From positions 4,928,001-4,992,000 of the forward strand of contig OZ257156.1 in assembly GCA_965279375.1 (NCBI GenBank): a stretch of DNA of 64,000 nucleotides, in the 5' to 3' direction. Position numbers and translations under genes: made by a program. The notes under the pieces are model-generated. The model had not been told where the DNA came from. It did not search any database and saw only the letters and a program-made list of their open reading frames with translations. Origin of the DNA: Gemmatimonas sp. GTDB lineage: Bacteria > Gemmatimonadota > Gemmatimonadetes > Gemmatimonadales > Gemmatimonadaceae. This document shows, piece after piece, positions 48,770 through 58,178 of the stretch. Each line of letters begins with the position of its first letter. Positions within the stretch are counted from its first letter, which is position 1.

Positions 48770-48872
48770 CTGGGACCGGACGGCGGTTGGGGTTAGCGGC
48801 GCGAGTTAAGCCCCACGCGGTGATGGGGTTTGGCCTCAAGCGAGCTCGACCGGAGACAAAGATTTCCCGCGA

Positions 48873-48901
48873 TGTAACGGCCCCCCCTCGCGGATCGTCA
48901 A
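48873..48901 (+). promoter_or_regulatory. ECF-type promoter candidate
   Basis: TGTAAC-N17-CGTCAA upstream of the NlpC/P60 gene. Confidence 0.4.
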
Positions 48902-48959
48902 CGGACGGGATAGCTTGGCAGTCCGGAAAGCTCCTGCTCACACCGCCAGCAACTTCGCC

Positions 48960-49526
48960 GTGGCCCTTTCTTCTCGTCGACACATTCTTCCGTTGGTCGT
49001 CTGCGTCGCGCTCGTCGCGAGCGCATCGCGTGCCGACGCACAGATCGTCGAGAGTAAGAAGCCCTTTGCCGCGTTCAGTGCGTCGGTGTCCTCCATGCGC
49101 GACTCGATCGTGTCGAAGGCGCGCGGTCAGATCGGGACGCGCTACAAGCTGGGCGGCACCAAGCCAAACTCCGCGCTCGATTGCAGCGGACTGGTGAAGT
49201 ACGTGATGAGCGCGCTCGATGTCGTGCTGCCACGCACCGCTCGTCAGCAGGCAACCGTCGGTACTGCGGTTCCCAAGGACCTCGCCGCGCTCAAGCCCGG
49301 CGACCTCCTCACGTTCGGCAAGGGCAAGCGCATCTCGCACATCGGGATCTACGTCGGTGAAGGGCGTATGGTGCACGCCAGCACCTCGCAGCGTCAGGTC
49401 ATCGAGACGGCGATTTCACCGCGCTCACCCCTCATTCGCCAGTGGAAGGGTGTGCGTCGCCTGGTGGACGGTGCGGGACTCGCGATGCGCGACTCGCTTC
49501 TCGCAATCGCCGATACACTCCGCTGA
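48960..49526 (+). CDS. NlpC/P60 (C40) cell-wall peptidase, exported (start approximate)
   Basis: GTRYKLGG, DCSGLV, LPRTA, PGDLLTF, HIGIYVG, HAS. Confidence 0.93.
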   Translation: MALSSRRHILPLVVCVALVASASRADAQIVESKKPFAAFSASVSSMRDSIVSKARGQIGTRYKLGGTKPNSALDCSGLVKYVMSALDVVLPRTARQQATVGTAVPKDLAALKPGDLLTFGKGKRISHIGIYVGEGRMVHASTSQRQVIETAISPRSPLIRQWKGVRRLVDGAGLAMRDSLLAIADTLR

Positions 49527-49530
49527 GCTC

Positions 49531-49548
49531 GGCGGCGTACGCGCCGCC
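49531..49548 (+). terminator. Hairpin after the NlpC/P60 gene
   Basis: GGCGGCG-TACG-CGCCGCC; weak U-tract. Confidence 0.45.
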
Positions 49549-49724
49549 CTCTGCAGTGGATGTGCGAACGCGCCGGCTGAAGATCTCATCATCGCTTGGT
49601 CGCGCGTTGCGGGCGACTCGTCCCCGCAGCAGGATTGAGGCGTCCCGCGAGACCACGTCGCGCGACAGGTGTCTGACAGCCGCCCGCGAGATCTTCCCGC
49701 GCTCCCCCGCCTAAGAGGTGTGCC

Positions 49725-51812
49725 ATGCGACTCCGCTCGCCCCTGCATTCCACGCGCCCGCGCCCTACGTCGTATCGCGTCCTGCCGATCGCGGCGCTCC
49801 TGTTGCCGCTGTCGCTGTTCGCGCCCGCATTGCACGCGCAGAAGGCGGCGCCCGCCGACCGTTTAACCATCGCCGACTATTTCGACTGGGAGGATGTGGC
49901 CGCACCGTCGCTCGCTCCAGACGGTCGCCAGATCCTCTACACGCGGACGTGGATCGACAAGATCAACGACAAGCGTGAGTCGTCGGTGTGGCTGATGAAT
50001 GCGGATGGCACGAAGAATCGTTTTCTGGTGAAGGGCTCCGACGCCAAGTGGTCTCCGGATGGTTCGCGCATCGTGTACGTCGCGCCGGGAGAGCCCGGCG
50101 GTGCGCAAGTCTGGGTGCGCTACATGGATGCCGAGGGCGCGACTACGCAGATCACGCGTTTGACGGAAGCCCCGAATGACGTGGAGTGGTCACCCGATGG
50201 AAAGTCGATCGCGTTTGGCATGCTGGTGCGCGGCGGCGAGAACTGGCGCATCGACATGCCGGCGGCGCCCAAGGGCGCCAAGTGGACCGAGCCACCGCGC
50301 GTGGTGACGAAGGTGAAGTATCGCGCGGATCGTCAGGGGTTCCTCGAAGACGGCTTGCGTCAGCTGTTCACGGTTCCGGCCGACGGTGGCACACCGCACC
50401 AGATCACCACCGGCGAGTGGGCCACCAACGGCACCACGTGGATGCCCGACGGCAAGGGCTTCGTGTTCACATCGCTGCGCACGAAGGATGCGGAGTACGC
50501 GTGGCGCGAGTCCGAGATTTATCGCGTGGATGCGTCGACCGGCGCTGTCACGCAGCTGACGCGTCGAAAGGGGCCGGACAACAACCCGGTGCCTTCACCC
50601 GACGGTTCGTTGATCGCGTACACAGGCTACGACAGCACCGATGCCACCTGGAAGGACGCGGCGCTGTACGTGATGGATGCGAATGGCGGCAACGCACATG
50701 CGCTCACGGAGAAGTTGGATCGCACGCCGTCGGGGATGTTCTGGTCGCCCGATGGCACGGGGCTCTATTTCAACGTGGAGAATGAGGGCTCGAAGAACCT
50801 CTACTTCGTGTCGCTCAAGGGCGACGTGCGCGTGGTGACGAAGGGTGCGCACGTGCTTACGGTCAGCGGCATCGGGCGCAACTTCATGGCGGTGGGCACG
50901 GCCACGTCGGCGATGAAGCCGACCGACATCGTGGCATTCGATGTGCGCACGCCCGCGATCAAGCAGCTCACCGATGTGAACGGCGATGTGTTGGCCGGCA
51001 AGAAGCTCGCGACCACCGAAGAAGTGTGGTACACGTCGGTCGACGGCTACAAGGTGCAGGGGTGGATCGTGAAACCGGCGGATTTCGATCCGAACAAGAA
51101 ATATCCGCTGATGCTCGAGATTCACGGTGGCCCGCACTCGATGTACAACGTGGGTTTCAACTTCTCGCGCCAGGATCACGCGTCGAACGGCTTCGTGATG
51201 CTCTACACGAATCCGCGCGGCTCCACGGGGTACGGTTCCGCATTCGGCAACGCGATCAAGAATGCGTACCCGGGCAAGGACTTCAACGACCTGATGGCCG
51301 GCGTCGATACGGTCGTCAACCGCGGCTACGTCGACACGAAGCGCCTGTACGTCTTCGGGTGCTCGGGGGGCGGTGTGCTGACGGCGTGGACGGTTGGACA
51401 TACCGACCGGTTCGCGGCGGCCGTGTCGATGTGTCCCGTGATCGACTGGATCAGCTTTGTGGGCACGACCGACGGCTCGAGCTGGTACTACAATTTCGCC
51501 AAGTTCCCGTGGGAAGACCCGAGCGAGCACCTCAAGCGCTCGCCATTGATGTCGGTGGGGAACGTCAAGACGCCAACGATGCTGATGACCGGCGTGAACG
51601 ATCTGCGCACGCCGATCGGTCAAACCGAGGAGTTCTACGAGGCGCTCAAGATTCGCAAAGTCCCCACCGCGATGATTCGCTTCAACAACGAATGGCACGG
51701 TACGAGTTCGACGCCGTCGAACTTCCTGCGCACGCAGCTCTATCTGCGGAGCTGGTTCGACAAGTATCAGACGCCGCCGTCTGCCACGCGGGTCACACAG
51801 GATCAGCCCTGA
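49725..51812 (+). CDS. S9 family (acylaminoacyl/dipeptidyl) peptidase with beta-propeller
   Basis: WSPDG repeats, IHGGP, NPRGSTGYG, GCSGG, NDLRT, EWHG; GAGG RBS. Confidence 0.95.
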   Translation: MRLRSPLHSTRPRPTSYRVLPIAALLLPLSLFAPALHAQKAAPADRLTIADYFDWEDVAAPSLAPDGRQILYTRTWIDKINDKRESSVWLMNADGTKNRFLVKGSDAKWSPDGSRIVYVAPGEPGGAQVWVRYMDAEGATTQITRLTEAPNDVEWSPDGKSIAFGMLVRGGENWRIDMPAAPKGAKWTEPPRVVTKVKYRADRQGFLEDGLRQLFTVPADGGTPHQITTGEWATNGTTWMPDGKGFVFTSLRTKDAEYAWRESEIYRVDASTGAVTQLTRRKGPDNNPVPSPDGSLIAYTGYDSTDATWKDAALYVMDANGGNAHALTEKLDRTPSGMFWSPDGTGLYFNVENEGSKNLYFVSLKGDVRVVTKGAHVLTVSGIGRNFMAVGTATSAMKPTDIVAFDVRTPAIKQLTDVNGDVLAGKKLATTEEVWYTSVDGYKVQGWIVKPADFDPNKKYPLMLEIHGGPHSMYNVGFNFSRQDHASNGFVMLYTNPRGSTGYGSAFGNAIKNAYPGKDFNDLMAGVDTVVNRGYVDTKRLYVFGCSGGGVLTAWTVGHTDRFAAAVSMCPVIDWISFVGTTDGSSWYYNFAKFPWEDPSEHLKRSPLMSVGNVKTPTMLMTGVNDLRTPIGQTEEFYEALKIRKVPTAMIRFNNEWHGTSSTPSNFLRTQLYLRSWFDKYQTPPSATRVTQDQP

Positions 51813-51830
51813 CGCCCAGCATGTGCAGCG

Positions 51831-52685
51831 ATGAGTGACCTGCTCTTCCGGGGACGCGGTGCGGCCAGTCGCGCGCCCGTCCCCGGCGTGTTGCTGCGCC
51901 TCGCCGGAGCGGCTTTGGGCGTGAGCGTCTTTACCGCAGCAGAGTCGTTGGGCTTCACGAACCTGACCGGCTTGAGCGCCTGGTCGCTTCGACTCCTATC
52001 GCTCGCCGCTGGCGCACTGCTCGCGCCGACGATGCTGGGCTCCGTCCTGTGGCTCGCCCTCGGTGCGTTCACCGCGGTGCTCATGCTCGTGATGTTCACA
52101 CCGGTGGTGAGGCCGGCGGCGGAGTACTTCGTACGAGACGACACCGCCGCCGACCGCGCGGTCCCACTGCCGAAGCCGGACGCGATCGTCGTGCTTTCCG
52201 GCGACGTGAGCGAAACCGGCCGTGTGGTGGGGCCGGCGCTCGACCGACTGCTCACGGGCGCGCTCGACGCCAAGGCGCGCAGCATCAACGCCATCGCGCT
52301 TTCGTCGATCGCGCTCGAAACCGGCGCTTCACGCCCCACCACCGAGGCTGACCAGCGCGCCCTCGTGGCGCTGATGGCACCCGCAGTCGGCCTGCATTTC
52401 GTGCGCGACGTACACAGCACCCGCGAAGAGGCTGAGGCCTTCGCCCGCCTGGCTCGCGAGCAGCACTGGACGCGCCTGCTGCTGGTGACTTCGCCGCTGC
52501 ATTCGCGGCGTGCCTGCGCAACCTTCGAGGCCGCAGGATTGTCTGTAGAGTGTCGGCCGGCCGTAGCCCGGTCGCGTGACCCGCGGGCGCTGGGATCGAC
52601 CGAAAATCGACGTCTGGTGTTTCAGGACGTCATATACGAGCTGACCGCGACGATCCTCTATCGCGCGCGCGGCTGGATTCGGTAA
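51831..52685 (+). CDS. YdcF (DUF218) family membrane protein
   Basis: DAIVVLSG, STREEA, LLVTSPLHSRRA, YE near the C-terminus; N-terminal TMs. Confidence 0.88.
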   Translation: MSDLLFRGRGAASRAPVPGVLLRLAGAALGVSVFTAAESLGFTNLTGLSAWSLRLLSLAAGALLAPTMLGSVLWLALGAFTAVLMLVMFTPVVRPAAEYFVRDDTAADRAVPLPKPDAIVVLSGDVSETGRVVGPALDRLLTGALDAKARSINAIALSSIALETGASRPTTEADQRALVALMAPAVGLHFVRDVHSTREEAEAFARLAREQHWTRLLLVTSPLHSRRACATFEAAGLSVECRPAVARSRDPRALGSTENRRLVFQDVIYELTATILYRARGWIR

Positions 52686-52908
52686 CGCCGCTCGAGGGCG
52701 ACCGACGCGTCGACGTTCCAAAGGCGTGACATCGGTCACCTGCGACACCCGGGTAAAATTGCGCTAGATTCGGTTCCTCGACGCGAATCGCCTGTGACGT
52801 GCGTGGCATCGATCGACGACAGAATCGGAGAGTGTGATGCGCAGCACTTTCAAGCCTAACCACGCACCGGTACGTTCCTCGTGTCGTCCTCACTTCCTCC
52901 CCAATTCC

Positions 52909-53862
52909 ATGCATCTCTCTCGTTTGCGAAATCATTCGGCCGCCCTCGTCGCATCAGTCCTGCTGGGCGCGTCGCTGAGCGCCTGCAAGGATACCAAGGC
53001 CATCGCCCGCGCCGACTCCCTGGCGGCGGCCCTGACAGCGGCCAACGCACAGCGCGACTCGCTGCAAGGCTTGGTTGCCGGCGCGTCGGCGGAGAAGGAT
53101 CGGGCGATGGCGCAGGTGGTCGAGGCAACGAAGTTCGCCGATCAGGTGGACGCGGAGCTGCGTCAGGTGCGCACCCTCTCCTCCAAGGTCTCCGTCAACA
53201 AGTCGGACGAGTCCGGCAAGGCCGAAGCAGCCGTTGCGCAGAAGGACATTCTCGATCGCCTGCAGCAGCTCCGGCAGCGTCTCGCCGCCCGCCAGAATCA
53301 GGTGAAGGCGATGCTCGACACGCTCAAGAGCATGCGCGCGGATTCGTCCGCCACCGCCACGCTGCTCACAGACCTGAACGCGCGCCTCGTGCTGCGCGAG
53401 AAGGAAATCGTCGCGTTCCAGGATGAAGTGAAGACGCTTCGTGCGCAGAACCAGCAGCTGGCCACCGAGAAGGCGGTCCTCACGGACACAGTGAAGGCGA
53501 TGGACGTTCGCGAGAACAAGGTGTTCTACGTGGTCGCGCCGCGTCGACAGCTCTTGTCTGACGGTGTCGTAACGGAAGAAGGCGGCTCACGCGGATTGCT
53601 GATCGTCAAGTTGGGCAAGACGCTCGTGCCGTCGCGCACGCTCGACGAAGCGAAGTTCACCCGCGCCGATCGCCGCGAAGTGCTGACGATCCCGCTGCCG
53701 CGCAGCGACCGGCCGTACAAGATCGTCTCGCGTCACGACGTCGGACTCATCGAGGTCGCCAAGCGTGAGAAGGATGGCAGCTTCCGTGGCGAGTCCATTC
53801 GCATCACCGATCCGGCCAAGTTCTGGGCCTCGTCGCGCTACCTCATCGTCTCCGAGAAGTAG
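52909..53862 (+). CDS. Coiled-coil lipoprotein resembling the Bacteroidota Cbp1-like family
   Basis: Lipobox LSAC, long coiled coil, C-terminal NKVFYVV...FTRAD...SRH...ITDPAKFWASSRYLIV. Confidence 0.75.
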   Translation: MHLSRLRNHSAALVASVLLGASLSACKDTKAIARADSLAAALTAANAQRDSLQGLVAGASAEKDRAMAQVVEATKFADQVDAELRQVRTLSSKVSVNKSDESGKAEAAVAQKDILDRLQQLRQRLAARQNQVKAMLDTLKSMRADSSATATLLTDLNARLVLREKEIVAFQDEVKTLRAQNQQLATEKAVLTDTVKAMDVRENKVFYVVAPRRQLLSDGVVTEEGGSRGLLIVKLGKTLVPSRTLDEAKFTRADRREVLTIPLPRSDRPYKIVSRHDVGLIEVAKREKDGSFRGESIRITDPAKFWASSRYLIVSEK

Positions 53863-55486
53863 GCAGCGAATCAGGCAGCAACGGAGCGAGCACTCCCCTC
53901 GGCCATCGTGCAGCAGCAATCAGTAACAACGCTGCACTGATGGCCGACCAGTAGACCGCGCGCTGCGTCAACGCGCGCCAGGCGACGCCGGCGTCACCCA
54001 GCAGTGATGCCGGTTCGGCGAAGCGATACCACCACGCCGACGCCCCGTGCCGGTCGAGAACGACCGCCAGCACCCAGCCCGTGATCAGCAGGAGGTGCGC
54101 GAGCACCTTGTTGCGGACGACGGCGTGCACCGCCACCGAAAGCGCGGTGAGCTGTGCGAACGGCAGCCAAAGCACGAAGAGCGTCCACGCCGCCAGCACT
54201 GTCGCCGATGTGGATCCTGCGCGGAAGGCGATCGTTAACCCCGCGCCCACCGTCAGGAGCAGCACGACCGGAAGCTGCGCGACGAACAGCCCGCCAAGAC
54301 GACCCATCGCAATGACGGACGTACGCACCGGCACCGTATCGCTCAGCGCATCGATGCGCACGTCGCGTTCGCGCCAGAGCACTTCCCCTGCGTAAACCGT
54401 CGCCAGCAGGATGAGGAATAGTCGCGCGTGCCCTGCGATGAGCATGAGGAACTGAAGGGCGCTGGCACCGTCAGGCGCTCGCGACCACGCGTTCACCAGT
54501 GCGTTGACGGCGGCCAGCACCGCGACCACGCGAAAGCCGCCGTCGCGCCACATCCACGCGGCCGTAAAACGCGCCAGTGCGAGCGCTGCGGCAACCGGCG
54601 ATGACGTCGGCGCCTCGTGTGAACGCTCGCGCAGTGGACGTGCCTGTCCAATGTCCGAGTGCTCCGCGCGCGACTGCATGAGGGCGGCCGGTTGCGACAG
54701 ATTCTGCCAGCGCAGTCGCGACAGCGTCACGCCGACCACGATGCCACTCGCGCCTAACCACAGCAGACGGTTCCACAACAACACCCCGACAAGCGGCACG
54801 TCGCGCGTGGTGCGCTCCGCCAGCGTCCATTCTCGTGTGAGTGCGAGCACGGGGGCATTGCCAAACGGATCCAGCAGGGCGCCGACGACGCGCGTGGCGG
54901 CGTTCGCCTCGAGGCTCAGCGAAAGCTGCCAGACGCCAACCAGCGCCAGTGCCGCCGCCAGCACGCCGAGTAATCGTCGGCTCAGCACCGCCGTGCTGCT
55001 CAGGATCGCCGCGACGACCACGCAGGTGGGCAGCGTGACGATGGCATACGCGGACAGGTATGGTCGCGCCGACGTCAACGTGTGAGCCGTGGCCGCGCCG
55101 AGCATCGCGCCGACGGGCATGGCGGCGTACACCGCCATCAGCACGACAAGCGCCGCGGTCAGCCTCGCGCTGAACCATCGTTGCGGCGTGAGCGCCGTGG
55201 TCGCAACCAACGACAGCGTGCGCTGCGCCGTGTCGCGGAGCATGGCCGTCGCCGCGATCATCGTCGTGATGACCTGTCCGAAGGCGGTCAGCCCGCCGAA
55301 GGCCAGCGCGAGGGCCCACGGCGACTCTTTCGGCGCACCCATGCGGTCGCTGACCAGCTCCACGGCCCCCGACGCGCCGTAGCCGAACGTCAGGAGCAGG
55401 AACACCAGCAGATACAGCGCCGTCAGCGGCTCTCGTGCCTGCTGTCGCAGCTCGAACGAGAGAACCGCTCGCCACATCGCGCTCAC
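53843..55486 (-). CDS. ABC-2-type permease (duplicated TM domain)
   Basis: FELRQQ, MLRD, LLDPFG, WTLAER, LLWNRLLW, YAGEVLWRERD; about 12-13 TM. Confidence 0.8.
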   Translation of the reverse strand: MSAMWRAVLSFELRQQAREPLTALYLLVFLLLTFGYGASGAVELVSDRMGAPKESPWALALAFGGLTAFGQVITTMIAATAMLRDTAQRTLSLVATTALTPQRWFSARLTAALVVLMAVYAAMPVGAMLGAATAHTLTSARPYLSAYAIVTLPTCVVVAAILSSTAVLSRRLLGVLAAALALVGVWQLSLSLEANAATRVVGALLDPFGNAPVLALTREWTLAERTTRDVPLVGVLLWNRLLWLGASGIVVGVTLSRLRWQNLSQPAALMQSRAEHSDIGQARPLRERSHEAPTSSPVAAALALARFTAAWMWRDGGFRVVAVLAAVNALVNAWSRAPDGASALQFLMLIAGHARLFLILLATVYAGEVLWRERDVRIDALSDTVPVRTSVIAMGRLGGLFVAQLPVVLLLTVGAGLTIAFRAGSTSATVLAAWTLFVLWLPFAQLTALSVAVHAVVRNKVLAHLLLITGWVLAVVLDRHGASAWWYRFAEPASLLGDAGVAWRALTQRAVYWSAISAALLLIAAARWPRGVLAPLLPDSLPTSRRR

Positions 55487-55522
55487 GAAACTGTCACCCC
55501 ACGGCCACGTGATCGAGCGACG

Positions 55523-55981
55523 TCAGCGCGCGTCTTCGGAAACAGCGCCGTGCAGCTCATCGCCGGACAGCGGGCGAATGGCGAGGTCTACCGCGAGCCA
55601 CGTGGTCTTGGCGAACGGGTAGCAGAGCACGCAGCCCGAGAGCATCAGAAACGCCGTGACGTACGTGATGACATCCCACGGCGGATCGGGCCAAGTGACA
55701 TACACGAAGCCGCAGACACAGAAGAACAGGATCAGTTCGACCGCGATGAGATTGAAGAGGTACGCGCCGACGAAATAGTCCTTCTCACCACGTTCCAGCC
55801 GCATGCCGCAGGTAGGGCAACGCTCCTTCATCTCGAACATGCTGGCGAAGATCTTTCGTCCACCGCAGTGCGGGCACCGCAGTTGAATGGCGCGCCACAG
55901 CAGCGGTCCGACGCGCGGACGCGCGAAGTCGCCCGGCTCAGCCTGACGCCCACTCGCTGCGCCGGCGCTCAAGGGGCTCAC
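55523..55981 (-). CDS. DUF983 family membrane protein
   Basis: RCPHCGGRKIF, CPTCG, two TM. Confidence 0.85.
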   Translation of the reverse strand: MSPLSAGAASGRQAEPGDFARPRVGPLLWRAIQLRCPHCGGRKIFASMFEMKERCPTCGMRLERGEKDYFVGAYLFNLIAVELILFFCVCGFVYVTWPDPPWDVITYVTAFLMLSGCVLCYPFAKTTWLAVDLAIRPLSGDELHGAVSEDAR

Positions 55982-57102
55982 CGCTCGCTCAGCGTCGCGA
56001 GGAAGTCACGGAGGTAGTCACCCCACACGGCCGGCAGCGAATGCGTCCCGTGGCCGCGTGTCTCCGGTGTGATCGGCAGCAGGATGAACTTCGCGTGCAC
56101 GATCTTCTTGGCGAGCGTTTCGGCGATCCCCAACTCGGGCGGGTTCACCTGATCGTCTGCCGAATTGATGTACAGCGCCGGCGCCGTGATCTTGTCGAGG
56201 AAAGGAGACGGATCGTAGTCGCGCGACGCATCGAACTGAAACAGGAAATCGTTGGCGTCGCTGGACTGCATGCGCTGGTCGAGATACGTGCGAATGACGC
56301 TGTCCGCCGCATCGCGCGTGGGTGCCTGCTTGTGGTTGAGCAACGGCGCGCTGCCCATGACGTACAGCATCATGGACGCGGTGCGCAGCCCTTCCGGTTG
56401 CTTCGTGTACTCGCCGCCCTTCCACGACGGATCGTTCCGAATGGCGTCCATGGCCATCGTGCGAATCATCCGATTGCGACCCGCGATCTGCGCCGGAACA
56501 CAGGCAAACGGCGCCAACCCATCCATGAAATCCGGATAGGTGTAGCCCCACACCCACCCCTGCATGCACCCCATCGACGTGCCCAGGATCAGGCGCAGAT
56601 GGTTCACGCCGAGCTTCTCGGTGAGCAGGCGATGCTGCGCGTCCACCATGTCGTCGTACGTGTACTTCGGGAACTTTGCGTGCAGGCCATCACTCGGCTT
56701 GCTGGAGCCGCCATGGCCGATGCCGTCGGGGAGGATGATGTAGTACTTGCTGCTGTCGAGCAGCTTGCCCGGGGCGAAGAGTCCGCCGGCGAACGCGTTG
56801 CCCAGAAAGCTCCGCCCTGCGCCGCCGGTACCGTGCAAAATCATCACGGCGTTTCGTACGATGCCCTTGGCGTCTTTCCGCGGCGTGCCGAGCGTGGTGT
56901 AGTGCAGGCGCAGCTCGGGGAGCACTTCACCCGAGCGGAACTTGAAGCCGCGAACGATGTGGTCGCCCTGCGTGCCGGCGCGTGCCCAGGACGCGGCTGT
57001 CTGCGCCGGCAGGAGTGGAGCGGTCGTGGCGAGCGAGGCCATGCCTGCGAGCGACGCGACGACTCGGCGAACAGTCCGGCGGAGCTGGTGGGAGGAAGGC
57101 AT
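55978..57102 (-). CDS. Homoserine-acetyltransferase-like alpha/beta hydrolase with signal peptide
   Basis: FRSGEVLPELRLHYTTLG, LHGTG, GTSMG, DANDF, RGHGTH. Confidence 0.88.
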   Translation of the reverse strand: MPSSHQLRRTVRRVVASLAGMASLATTAPLLPAQTAASWARAGTQGDHIVRGFKFRSGEVLPELRLHYTTLGTPRKDAKGIVRNAVMILHGTGGAGRSFLGNAFAGGLFAPGKLLDSSKYYIILPDGIGHGGSSKPSDGLHAKFPKYTYDDMVDAQHRLLTEKLGVNHLRLILGTSMGCMQGWVWGYTYPDFMDGLAPFACVPAQIAGRNRMIRTMAMDAIRNDPSWKGGEYTKQPEGLRTASMMLYVMGSAPLLNHKQAPTRDAADSVIRTYLDQRMQSSDANDFLFQFDASRDYDPSPFLDKITAPALYINSADDQVNPPELGIAETLAKKIVHAKFILLPITPETRGHGTHSLPAVWGDYLRDFLATLSER

Positions 57103-57118
57103 GGCGAAAGATAGTCCA

Positions 57119-58171
57119 CTACGTCGCCTCCGCGCGGACCGGTGGCTCGCTGGGACGCAGCAGGACGCTGAGCGCCTGCAGGGATCGCTGCAGGCGCCCA
57201 CCCTGCGCCTCGAGCAGCCGTTCGGCCAGCAGCAACTCGGTGGACTCGGACGGGGACGCAGGAAACGGCCGCGAAAGGAACACCTCCACCATGTCGTCCC
57301 GCACGCGCGTAGCGACCTCCATTGGCGGCAGCTCAGCGTCGGGCATGGCCGGGTGGGCGGCAGGCTCCCGCGCGCACTCTGTGCCCAGGAGCGCGAGCGC
57401 CTCCGCCAAGCGCGCACGATCGGCGGTGACGCGAGGCAACAGCGGATCGAGTGTCGCCTGCAACCTGATCCCGTGTCGTTCAGCGGAGGCACGCAGCATG
57501 GGCAGCACGCCGCGCACGACATCGTTCACCGCGACTCGCTCGAGCAGCACGTTGATGGCATCACGATCGACGTCCATCGAAAGCGAGAGCCGGCGCAGGG
57601 CCAGGTCCATGGCGTCCGCCGCGGCACGTGCGGTGACGATGAGTTCCTCCTGATTCTCGTTCAACTCGCCGAAGGGTGCTTCGATCAGGATGTGCAACGG
57701 CAGGCGAACGTCGTCGAGTTGCGCGAGAGCGTCGCGCACGGACGCGCCGAGCATGGTTGCCTGCTGCTGCCGGCGCACGGCGGCGGCGGCGAGCGATTGC
57801 CGACGATCGGCCTCGCTGGTGGCCAAGGCGTCGCCCAACTTTTGCACCACCTGCTCGATGCGCCCAAGCTCGTCGTCCTCGGCGGGCAGATCGCGAAATG
57901 GCGACCGCGATCGTTCGACGCCTCCAGCAAGACGACGGATGCGAAGTGCGAGGTAGCGCGTGTTGGACCACGTGAGCACCAGCGACGCGACGGAGAGCAA
58001 GGCCGCACCCGCGACCACATATCCCGGTGCCTGGCGTCCGAATTCGCCATAGTAGGCAAGCACGAGGACCAGCACGACAGCCAGGAGCGAAGGTGCGAGT
58101 CCGAGGAGCAGCCGCTGTCCGACGGACAAGCCCATGATCCGCGACACTCGTGTTGTGCGCGATGTCGTCAT
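57119..58171 (-). CDS. Degenerate (pseudo) sensor histidine kinase, 2 TM plus HAMP-like region
   Basis: DELGRI, GELNENQEELI, LPRVTADRARL follow HK layout; no SHELRTP, N or G boxes. Confidence 0.7.
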   Translation of the reverse strand: MTTSRTTRVSRIMGLSVGQRLLLGLAPSLLAVVLVLVLAYYGEFGRQAPGYVVAGAALLSVASLVLTWSNTRYLALRIRRLAGGVERSRSPFRDLPAEDDELGRIEQVVQKLGDALATSEADRRQSLAAAAVRRQQQATMLGASVRDALAQLDDVRLPLHILIEAPFGELNENQEELIVTARAAADAMDLALRRLSLSMDVDRDAINVLLERVAVNDVVRGVLPMLRASAERHGIRLQATLDPLLPRVTADRARLAEALALLGTECAREPAAHPAMPDAELPPMEVATRVRDDMVEVFLSRPFPASPSESTELLLAERLLEAQGGRLQRSLQALSVLLRPSEPPVRAEAT

Positions 58172-58178
58172 ACGGCCG

